Of a stretch of 64,000 bases of DNA, positions 39,787 to 47,566 are shown piece after piece. This DNA is from a bacterium (GTDB lineage: Bacteria > Patescibacteriota > Minisyncoccia > UBA6257 > JAGOQP01). The position numbers and the translations under genes are program-made. Each line of letters starts with the position of its first letter. The first letter of the stretch is position 1. The DNA lies in contig JAKANP010000003.1 in assembly GCA_021812345.1 (NCBI GenBank), positions 82 through 64,081 on the forward strand, given 5' to 3'. The notes under the pieces were generated by a model. The model ran no database searches and was not told where the DNA came from. It saw only the letters and a program-made list of their open reading frames with translations.

Positions 39787-40452
39787 ATGAATCCTTTGGG
39801 TAAAGTTAAAATCAAATGGTCTCCGAATTTTGCTTACGCGATTGGGTTGATAGCGACAGACGGAAATTTATCATCAAATGGCAGATGTATTGTTTTTACG
39901 TCAAAAGACTTGGAAATGATAAATAATTTTTTAAAATGTCTATCTGTATCTTCAAAAATAAGCATGAAGGCTAGGAGCAATGAGAAAGAGAAGAAGTATT
40001 ATTATGTTCAGATCGGGGATATAAATTTCTATAAGTTTCTGAATTCTATTGGACTTACTCCGGCAAAATCAAAAACTATCGGAATTATTAACATACCTGA
40101 CAAATATTTCTTTGATTTTTTGCGGGGACATTTTGATGGGGATGGCACTTCCTATTCTTATTGGGATAAGCGTTGGAAATCAAGCTTCATGTTTTATACA
40201 GAGTTCATATCGGCCAGTAAAAAACATATTGATTGGCTTAGGGGCGAAATTTCTAAAAAAATTGGAATCAATGGGCATATAACAAAATCAAAAAATAATT
40301 CAGTTTATCAATTAAAATATGCGAAAAGAGAGTCTACAAAATTGATTTCAAGAATGTACTATGGTAAAAAGGTTGTATGTCTTTCTAGAAAAATAGAGAA
40401 AATCAAAAAGGCATTAGCAATAAATAAAGTTGAAGATGCCCAGGTGCTGTAA
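39787..40452 (+). CDS. Free-standing two-motif LAGLIDADG homing endonuclease-like protein
   Basis: AYAIGLIATDG and FLRGHFDGDG motifs; stop codon inside the tRNA. Confidence 0.88.
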   Translation: MNPLGKVKIKWSPNFAYAIGLIATDGNLSSNGRCIVFTSKDLEMINNFLKCLSVSSKISMKARSNEKEKKYYYVQIGDINFYKFLNSIGLTPAKSKTIGIINIPDKYFFDFLRGHFDGDGTSYSYWDKRWKSSFMFYTEFISASKKHIDWLRGEISKKIGINGHITKSKNNSVYQLKYAKRESTKLISRMYYGKKVVCLSRKIEKIKKALAINKVEDAQVL

Positions 40453-40521
40453 CTGGTAGCCAGGCCAGCTTGAGGTGCTGGTGTCCGCAAGGACGTGGAG
40501 GTTCGAGTCCTCTCCTGGGCA
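40438..40521 (+). tRNA. tRNA-Leu(GAG)
   Basis: GCCCAGG/CCTGGGC acceptor, CCAGC-TTGAGGT-GCTGG, long variable arm, GTTCGAGTC. Confidence 0.93.
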
Positions 40522-40723
40522 CAAAACAAAACAGCCAAATAGGCTGTTTTGTTTTGTGCAGGAAGCAGGTAAATTTATTTGCTTGTGTGAGGATTCGAAC
40601 GACGGAGTATGTGCGAGCCAGCAGGCGAGCGCACGAGTCGGTGCCCAGCCCGAGCTGAGCGACTGGCGAAGCGAGAGGCGAGGGTAAATCCCTTACCTGC
40701 CGGTAGGCAGGTCTCCTGGGTAC
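40519..40723 (+). mobile_element. tRNA-associated structured element ending in a degenerate copy of the tRNA-Leu(GAG) 3' end
   Basis: 18-bp hairpin 40519-40559, antisense T-arm GAGGATTCGAAC 40589-40600, terminal AATCC[20-bp insert]TCTCCTGGGTAC. Confidence 0.65.
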
Positions 40724-41050
40724 TACTTCGCTCCTACTTCGTAGAAACTTCGTAGGACGCGGTAAAGCTTCGTAGCACAAAGCACTACTTTGCTCCTACT
40801 TCGTAGAAACTTCGTAGGACGCGGTAAAGCTTCGTAGCACAAAGCACTACTTTGCTCCTACTTCGTAGAAACTTCGTAGGACGCGGTAAAGCTTCGTAGC
40901 ACAAAGCACTACTTTGCTCCTACTTCGTAGAAACTTCGTAGGACGCGGTAAAGCTTCGTAGCACAAAGCACTACTTCGCTCCTACTTCGTAGAAACTTCG
41001 TAGGACGCGGTAAAGCTTCGTAGCACAAAGCACTACTTTGCTAAAGCTTC
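40722..41050. repeat. Tandem array: 5 x 62 bp plus a partial unit
   Basis: Unit ACTACTTYGCTCCTACTTCGTAGAAACTTCGTAGGACGCGGTAAAGCTTCGTAGCACAAAGC at 40722, 40784, 40846, 40908, 40970. Confidence 0.95.
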
Positions 41051-41115
41051 TTTTTTTAATAGAGCAAAACATAAAATAGGCCCATCACGGTCTATTTTTG
41101 ATTTTATTTATCAAC

Positions 41116-41144
41116 TTGACACAAGTAATAATATGTGCTAGTAT
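41116..41144 (+). promoter_or_regulatory. Sigma70 promoter
   Basis: TTGACA-17bp-TAGTAT with extended -10 TG. Confidence 0.7.
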
Positions 41145-41248
41145 TTGCTCATAATCGGGGGATGAGGGATTGTCCCAAAATTCTACCGATACAGCACTCA
41201 ATGTTTTAATGTTTTTGTCCCGATGGGAGTCGGGGCAGGGAGGTCACA

Positions 41249-42025
41249 ATGGAAGCGATGGAGAGAATCAAGGGTTTGATGGACGAGAAGGCCGTCGAGA
41301 AGTGGGCCGGTGAGTTCGGGACCTGGAAGGACAAGATGGTCCACGAGCTCGCCAACGAGCTGTCCAAACGAGGGTTCTCCTCCGAGAACCCGGCAGCGGC
41401 AAAGGACGTCAAGGCGGCCGAGCAGTTTCTGGCCGCCAAGAGGCAGCTCGTGGAGGCGAAGGTCGACGAGACCTTCACCCCCGAGAACATCGCCGCCGCA
41501 CATCTGGACTGCATCATCAAGGTCCAGGTGGATGAGACGCAGGAGTTTCGTGTCATCTGTCAGTCGCCTCGTCACGCCGGGGCGAACATGGCAGTTCTCC
41601 CGACCCAGAAGTTCATCGTCCGCAAGAACGCGGACGGCGAGCTGACTCGGATGTGCCACCAGGGCACATCCGAGGCGATCGTCACCGGCGACTTCCTGGT
41701 CACCGGGGAGGGGCGGATCATGCGCTTCTGTCCCTTCTGCAAGGACAAGGCGATCGCCGCCGCCCGCGAGCGTGGCGAGAAGTTGACGTTCTACCGCCTC
41801 GGCGAGGCGGTGAACAAAATCTCCCGCATCCGGGAGAACGAGGCGCGCGAGGCCGAAGAGAACGCCAAGCGCGAGGCTGAGGCCGAGCGGATGGAGCACT
41901 CGGCTTCCCGACAGATCGCCGGCAAGCGCGTGGACTCCCGACGCGCCGACTTCAACCGTCGGCACACCTCCGGACTCAAGCGTGCCAGCGGAAAGTTGGC
42001 CCGCGATCTCATGAGCGAAGACTGA
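41249..42025 (+). CDS. High-GC orphan protein with Cys/His motifs
   Basis: 258 aa, GGGAGGT RBS at 41238-41244, strong G/C third-position bias. Confidence 0.85.
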   Translation: MEAMERIKGLMDEKAVEKWAGEFGTWKDKMVHELANELSKRGFSSENPAAAKDVKAAEQFLAAKRQLVEAKVDETFTPENIAAAHLDCIIKVQVDETQEFRVICQSPRHAGANMAVLPTQKFIVRKNADGELTRMCHQGTSEAIVTGDFLVTGEGRIMRFCPFCKDKAIAAARERGEKLTFYRLGEAVNKISRIRENEAREAEENAKREAEAERMEHSASRQIAGKRVDSRRADFNRRHTSGLKRASGKLARDLMSED

Positions 42026-42087
42026 GTGAAAGCACTCTCTCTTCACTAAATTGACCCTGGAGGAGTCAATAGTGAAGGGAAAAAATC

Positions 42088-42117
42088 AAAACCCTGACAA
42101 TAACGTCAGGGTTTTTT
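42088..42117 (+). terminator. Intrinsic terminator
   Basis: AAAACCCTGAC-aataac-GTCAGGGTTTTTT. Confidence 0.8.
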
Positions 42118-42153
42118 AATTTCCAAGCGAGCATATTTGATGGATCAATTAAT

Positions 42154-42182
42154 TTGACACAATAATAATTTCGGTATATTAT
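42154..42182 (+). promoter_or_regulatory. Sigma70 promoter
   Basis: TTGACA-17bp-TATTAT. Confidence 0.65.
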
Positions 42183-42318
42183 ATTTTTAGTATTTTTATA
42201 TATAAATTAGTAATGAGCTGACTACCTTCATCTAAAGATGATCGCGGATTTAACGCTGACTCTCGCAGATGAAGAGAGTGAGCTCGTTACTAATGAAAGA
42301 GCAAGAAAGGGGAACAAG

Positions 42319-43068
42319 ATGAGCAATTTATTTTCTTCCGATTTTTTTTCGACTCGCGATATTTTTTTGAATTTGTTTGAGAGCAGTCGGGTTGATATCG
42401 GCAAAAAGGGTTTTCGCTTTAGCACTCAGATTCGAGATTTGGTGAAGAAAGGAATTGAGGTTCTCAAGAGTGGAAACAGAGATGAGATTGGCGGAATCAG
42501 ACAAAAAATTTCCGATGCTTGGACAGAATTAATTGATGCCCGTATTCCTTCGGATCTTGCTTGGCGTCACGAAGCCGAGGCGGCTCAAGAATTGTGGGAG
42601 TTTGAATTTGTTGTAGCTATGTACGATTATCTTTTTGACGGCGCGGCGTTGGATTTTAAGAAGTTTGATATTTATCCGCCGGATGAAGATGGCGATGAAG
42701 ATAGCGAAGAATATCGTGAAAAACAAGCGAGAAACGATTATATGTGTTCATTTACTCCTCAGCAATGGCTCGCCGGTCTTATCGATGCTCCTACCGAATT
42801 GGGTAAGGTTTTGGAGGATTATTGTATTGACAATGATCTTTCTCCCAGCGCGTACGTAGAACTGTGGGATAAATATGTTAAGATCGTGGAGCAAGTTGTG
42901 AACTTTCTCAGCCCGTTTGAAAATGTGTATGGGCAGGTAATCAACAACTCCCGGATGCGCGGATTTGCCAATACTTTTCGCGGTCGCTATGGTCGGCTGC
43001 GCGGATTTCTTGAGAGAAAAAAGCGCGACTTGATGATACTCAGACTTCAAATGAAGATTGGTTTGTAA
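42319..43068 (+). CDS. Translin/TRAX-like protein
   Basis: QELWEF and WLAGLIDAPTELGK resemble TRAX QEYVEA and YLLGLADLTGELMR; ATG at 42319 follows GAAAGGGG. Confidence 0.6.
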   Translation: MSNLFSSDFFSTRDIFLNLFESSRVDIGKKGFRFSTQIRDLVKKGIEVLKSGNRDEIGGIRQKISDAWTELIDARIPSDLAWRHEAEAAQELWEFEFVVAMYDYLFDGAALDFKKFDIYPPDEDGDEDSEEYREKQARNDYMCSFTPQQWLAGLIDAPTELGKVLEDYCIDNDLSPSAYVELWDKYVKIVEQVVNFLSPFENVYGQVINNSRMRGFANTFRGRYGRLRGFLERKKRDLMILRLQMKIGL

Positions 43069-43082
43069 TTTATTTTAAATAT

Positions 43083-43109
43083 GTCCCGGTAGTTTCCGGG
43101 ACTTTTTTT
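43083..43109 (+). terminator. Intrinsic terminator
   Basis: GTCCCGG-tagttt-CCGGGAC-TTTTTTT. Confidence 0.8.
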
Positions 43110-43234
43110 ATTTAAAATAATTTTATCAAGCATCTTACAACCGTAGGATGCCTGATAAATTAATATTAACGCATAATCATTTTTTGCCTTTTTGTAAAAT
43201 TTTATTTAAAATAAAATCATCTAAAATAAAAATT

Positions 43235-44380
43235 ATGAAACGAGAAAATATTGTCGCCAAAGATCAAACAAGCGAAAAATTGCTCAAGGAAATAGAAAAC
43301 AAAAACGATATTAAAAGTGAAAGAATTAAAAGGCTTTTGGCAATGCCGGATCTTTCACGAAAAATAAATTCTCCGCTTAAATTTATTATTGACGCCATTC
43401 TGGCTCTGCCGATTTTCAAAGATTTTGATATTTTGGAATTTCCGGAAATTGTAAGTGTTCGGGATAATTTTGATTTGTTAAATGCCCCCGCCGAACATCC
43501 CAGCCGAAAAGAAACCGATACTTATTATGTTGACGTAAATCATGTTTTGCGAACTCAAACTACGGTTATGTGGCCGTTTTATTTACAGCGTCCTGAAGCG
43601 ATAGAGCAACTTAAAAAAGAAGGAGAAATAGGATTGTTGAGTTACGGAAAAGTTTTTAGAAAAGATGAAATAGACAGAAGTCATTTTCCGGTTTTCCATC
43701 AGATAGACGGACTTTATATTTGCAAAAAAGAAAAGAAAATAATCGGCATCCCGGAACTTCAGGAGGTCTTAACTGCCATAACGAAAGCTATTTATGGAGA
43801 TATAGAATACAAATTTTTGGAAGACAGTTTTCCTTTTACAAATCCAAGCACTCAAATTGAAATAAAATCAAAAGATGTTTGGCTTGAAGTTGTCGGCGCC
43901 GGAGTGGTTCACACTCAGGTGCTAAAGAATCTTAATATTGATCCGGAAATTTATAACGGATGGGCATTCGGATTCGGCTTGGAGCGTCTGGCGATGATAA
44001 AGAACGGTATCAACGATATCAGAGTTTTTTGGTCCAACGACGAAAGGATTGCCGGACAATTTAAAGATATAAATAGTCAATACAAAGAAGTAAGTAAGTT
44101 TCCGATGACTTATCGCGACATTTCATTTATTATAAATAAGGATACGAGTTTGAATAATTATTACGAAATTGTCCGTGATTGCGCCGGTGATTTAGTGGAA
44201 GAAGTTAAAATGACCGACAAATATGAAAATAATCAAAAATTCGGTCCGGATAAAATAAGTTATACTTTCAGAATTACCTATCGCTCTCCGGAAAGGACGC
44301 TCACCAACGAAGAAGTAAATTTGATACAAGAAAAAATTATTGAAAAAACAAAACAAGAGATAAACGCTGCCGTGCGTTAG
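43235..44380 (+). CDS. pheS: Phenylalanyl-tRNA synthetase, catalytic domain fused to FDX anticodon-binding domain
   Basis: HPSR..TDT, LRTQT, FRKDEID..HFPVFHQ, FPFT.PS, GWAFGFGLERLAM; C-terminal RDISF...YRS.ERTLT.EEVN. Confidence 0.9.
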   Translation: MKRENIVAKDQTSEKLLKEIENKNDIKSERIKRLLAMPDLSRKINSPLKFIIDAILALPIFKDFDILEFPEIVSVRDNFDLLNAPAEHPSRKETDTYYVDVNHVLRTQTTVMWPFYLQRPEAIEQLKKEGEIGLLSYGKVFRKDEIDRSHFPVFHQIDGLYICKKEKKIIGIPELQEVLTAITKAIYGDIEYKFLEDSFPFTNPSTQIEIKSKDVWLEVVGAGVVHTQVLKNLNIDPEIYNGWAFGFGLERLAMIKNGINDIRVFWSNDERIAGQFKDINSQYKEVSKFPMTYRDISFIINKDTSLNNYYEIVRDCAGDLVEEVKMTDKYENNQKFGPDKISYTFRITYRSPERTLTNEEVNLIQEKIIEKTKQEINAAVR

Positions 44381-44412
44381 TAAAAAGCATTAAAAAATAA
44401 ATATATAAAAAT

Positions 44413-44715
44413 ATGAAATACGATAAGTTGATTCGTGATAAAATTCCCGAGATAATATCGGCAAACGGGGAAAGGGCTATCACTCATGTGGCTGACAATG
44501 AAGAATATGAAAGAAAGCTTAAACAAAAATTGCTGGAAGAGGTCGAGGAATTTATGGAAAATAGTTCACCCGAAGAATTGGCTGATATTTTAGAGGTAAT
44601 AGATGCGATTTTCGATCAATTCGGATTTGATAGAGATGAAATCAATAAAATAAAAAAAGACAAATTAGAAAAAAGGGGCGGTTTTAAAAATAAATTAATT
44701 TTAGAAGAATCATAA
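44413..44715 (+). CDS. All-alpha NTP pyrophosphohydrolase (PRA-PH/MazG-like)
   Basis: KLIRDKIP, KLLEEVEEF, EELADILEV, RGGF. Confidence 0.85.
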   Translation: MKYDKLIRDKIPEIISANGERAITHVADNEEYERKLKQKLLEEVEEFMENSSPEELADILEVIDAIFDQFGFDRDEINKIKKDKLEKRGGFKNKLILEES

Positions 44716-44717
44716 AT

Positions 44718-45728
44718 ATGAAAATAGCAATTAATGGATTTGGAAGAATTGGTCGTTTATTTTTTAGGCAAGCGTGGGGGAACCCGGATTTGGATATCGT
44801 TGCCATAAATGATTTGGGAAATGTGGACGATTTGGCGTATCTATTGAGGCGGGATACCGTCTATCGAACTTGGGATATTGATGTTAAGAGTGATGTAACG
44901 AAAGGGGTCCTAATTGTCGGAGGAAAAGAAATAAAGTTTTTACAACAAAAAGACGCCACCCAACTTCCTTGGGGACAATTAGGTGTTGATGTTGTTGTGG
45001 AATCAACCGGAATTTTTGAATCTTACGAAAAATCAAAAGTCCATCTGGATGCCGGAGCCAAAAGGGTTGTGATTACGGCGCCCGCCAAAGATGCCGACGG
45101 AGATTTAGGACAGACGGTTTTAGTCGGAGTCAATGAAGATAAAATATCAATTTCAAAAATTTCATCAAACGGCTCTTGTACAACCAACTCGGCATCGCCG
45201 GTTATTTCAGTTTTATCCGAAAATCCAGGAATAGAAAAAGCGGTATTAAACACGGTCCATTCATATACCGCCACGCAATCCATAGTTGACGGTCCGGTTA
45301 AGGGAGATGATTTTAGGAGAGGAAGAGCGGCGGCGCAAAATATTGTTCCTTCGACGACCGGAGCGGCGATTGCCGTCACCAGAGCCATTAAAGAACTGGA
45401 AGGAAATTTTGACGGAATTGCCATAAGAGTTCCATCAATAACCGGTTCGGTTTCCGATATAACTTTTATTTCAAAAAGACCGACTACTGCCGAAGAGATA
45501 AATTCTATTTTAAGACAAGCGGCATCATTGCCAAAATGGCAGGGGATTTTGGCTGTAAGCGAAGAACCGTTGGTTTCGTCCGATATAATCGGCGTTCCTT
45601 ATGGAGCGACGGTGGATTTGAAATTTACCAAAGTTATCGGAGGAAATTTGGTTAAGATTCTTTCCTGGTATGATAACGAGTGGGGATATGTAAGTACGCT
45701 CATAAAACATATTTTGAAATTAAAATAA
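44718..45728 (+). CDS. gap: Glyceraldehyde-3-phosphate dehydrogenase
   Basis: INGFGRIGR, SCTTN, WYDNEWGY. Confidence 0.97.
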   Translation: MKIAINGFGRIGRLFFRQAWGNPDLDIVAINDLGNVDDLAYLLRRDTVYRTWDIDVKSDVTKGVLIVGGKEIKFLQQKDATQLPWGQLGVDVVVESTGIFESYEKSKVHLDAGAKRVVITAPAKDADGDLGQTVLVGVNEDKISISKISSNGSCTTNSASPVISVLSENPGIEKAVLNTVHSYTATQSIVDGPVKGDDFRRGRAAAQNIVPSTTGAAIAVTRAIKELEGNFDGIAIRVPSITGSVSDITFISKRPTTAEEINSILRQAASLPKWQGILAVSEEPLVSSDIIGVPYGATVDLKFTKVIGGNLVKILSWYDNEWGYVSTLIKHILKLK

Positions 45729-45755
45729 TTTTTCGCGTTTTAATCGGTTCACCCA

Positions 45756-47063
45756 ATGAAAAAATATTTTGCCGGCAATTTTGGAGTTATTTTGGTTTTT
45801 GTCGCTTCTTTATTGCCGGCGATTTTTTGGATTTTTCAGGAATCAATCGGAATCAGATTTTCCGGAACGTTCTCCACTTTCAGAAGTTTTGGCCAATTAT
45901 TCGGATTAGTTGGGATAAGTATGTTTGCTGTTTCTCTTTTTTTAAGCGCTCGACTTAAATTTTTTGACAAATATTTTGACGGATTAAGCAGGGCGTATGA
46001 TTTACACCATTTTTTGGGGGGATTGGCTTTCGTGTTTATTCTTTTTCATCCTTTATTTTTGGCGTTGGCTTATTTTTCTGTGACGCCGTCTCTGGCTTTG
46101 AGTTTTTTATTTTTTCCGTCGACGATGGCTGTCAATTATGGAAGAATAGGATTTTTAATAATGTTCATTTTGCTTATTTTGACTTTTTATTATAGAACTT
46201 CCATTAAATATCAAAATTGGAAATTATCCCATAAATTGCTGGGTGTCGCTTTTTTCTTCGGCGGACTCCATTCTTTTTTTATAACAAGCGATATTTCAAC
46301 CAATATGCCGTTGCGTTGGTATATTTTAATTTTATCAGCGGTAGGGATCGCGGCTTATTTTTACAGAACCTTATTGTATCCTTTTAGTGTAAGGCGTTAT
46401 CTTTATAAGGTGTCGGCAATAAAAAAAATAGGGGACGACGTTGTTGAAATCACCATGGTTCCGATCGGAGAAAAGATTAAATATCAAGCCGGACAATTTG
46501 CATTTTTGAGTTTTCAAAGCAATTCCGTGAGCAAAGAACCCCATCCATTTTCTTTGACTTCGCGCCCTGAGGATGATTTTATTCAAATCGGGGTGAAATC
46601 TTCAGGCGATTATACAAAGCATTTAATTAATTTATCCATAGGAGATACGGCTGAAGTCGAAGGAGCATTTGGAATTTTTTCTCCGGAAAAATCAAAAAAT
46701 AGAAATCAGATTTGGATTGCCGGTGGAATAGGGATAACTCCCTTTGTAAGCGTGGCGCGAAGTTTGAATTGGAAAAATTTCTCCGTCGATTTGTATTATT
46801 CTTTCAAAGAAGATGGAGATGGAGTTTATTTGAAGGAACTCGAGGAAATTTCGGAAAAGACCGATAATTTAAGAATTGCCCCGTGGATTTCTCAAAAAAT
46901 GGGAAGAATAGACGCTTCCAAAATAAAAAGAGTAAGCGATAAAATCGAAGAGAAAGTTATTTTTATTTGCGGTCCGTCGGAAATGATAATTGCTTTAAAA
47001 AAAGATTTTATCAATAATGGAGTTTTGAAAGAGAATATTTTTAGTGAGGAATTTAATATGTAA
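45756..47063 (+). CDS. Ferric reductase-like membrane oxidoreductase with FAD/NAD domain
   Basis: TM helices with His pairs, HPFS, IAGGIGITPF, CGP, EEF. Confidence 0.88.
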   Translation: MKKYFAGNFGVILVFVASLLPAIFWIFQESIGIRFSGTFSTFRSFGQLFGLVGISMFAVSLFLSARLKFFDKYFDGLSRAYDLHHFLGGLAFVFILFHPLFLALAYFSVTPSLALSFLFFPSTMAVNYGRIGFLIMFILLILTFYYRTSIKYQNWKLSHKLLGVAFFFGGLHSFFITSDISTNMPLRWYILILSAVGIAAYFYRTLLYPFSVRRYLYKVSAIKKIGDDVVEITMVPIGEKIKYQAGQFAFLSFQSNSVSKEPHPFSLTSRPEDDFIQIGVKSSGDYTKHLINLSIGDTAEVEGAFGIFSPEKSKNRNQIWIAGGIGITPFVSVARSLNWKNFSVDLYYSFKEDGDGVYLKELEEISEKTDNLRIAPWISQKMGRIDASKIKRVSDKIEEKVIFICGPSEMIIALKKDFINNGVLKENIFSEEFNM

Positions 47064-47071
47064 GGAATAAT

Positions 47072-47479
47072 ATGACAAAAAAAATTGTATCAATTTCGCT
47101 TTTTATATCGTGGACCATTTTGGTGATTTTTATAACCGCAGGACTTTTTTCTTTTGGAAATAAACCCAATCAATCCTCTTCCGGTGTTCAACCAAATAAG
47201 ACAACTCCTGTTTCTTCATCGACTGCAACAGCCGGCAATACTTCTATTAAAAGTTATTCATTAAACGAAATTGCCAAACATAATAATCAAAATGATTGCT
47301 GGATGGCAATTGGTGGAAAGGTTTATGATGTTACTTCTTTTATCGGATCTCATCCCGGAGGAGAAAGAGCAATTTTGAGTGGTTGCGGAAAAGATGCCAC
47401 AAACGCTTTTGATAGCCGTCATTCTCAGGCGGCATTTGATTTACTACCTCAATTTTTTATCGGAAATCTAAATTCATAG
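47072..47479 (+). CDS. Membrane-anchored cytochrome b5-like heme protein
   Basis: HN...DCW, VYDVT, HPGG, CGKDAT..F...HS. Confidence 0.9.
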   Translation: MTKKIVSISLFISWTILVIFITAGLFSFGNKPNQSSSGVQPNKTTPVSSSTATAGNTSIKSYSLNEIAKHNNQNDCWMAIGGKVYDVTSFIGSHPGGERAILSGCGKDATNAFDSRHSQAAFDLLPQFFIGNLNS

Positions 47480-47566
47480 ATAGATAGAAAGTTATTTACA
47501 ACAGAAAGGGTATCTATTTTATTGATTATTATGTATAATAAATTTAATTATTAATTAATATAAAAT

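Noticed and set aside
40403-40780. Short ORFs over tRNA-Leu(GAG) and its downstream element
   Set aside because: They overlap structured RNA, with no protein motifs or start signals.
40722-41050. CRISPR array
   Set aside because: Units are contiguous and near-identical with no unique spacers, and no cas operon is present.
41198-42046. 282-aa antisense ORF and other overlapping ORFs in the high-GC gene
   Set aside because: Expected shadows of strong GC3 bias; promoter, RBS and terminator all support the plus-strand ORF.
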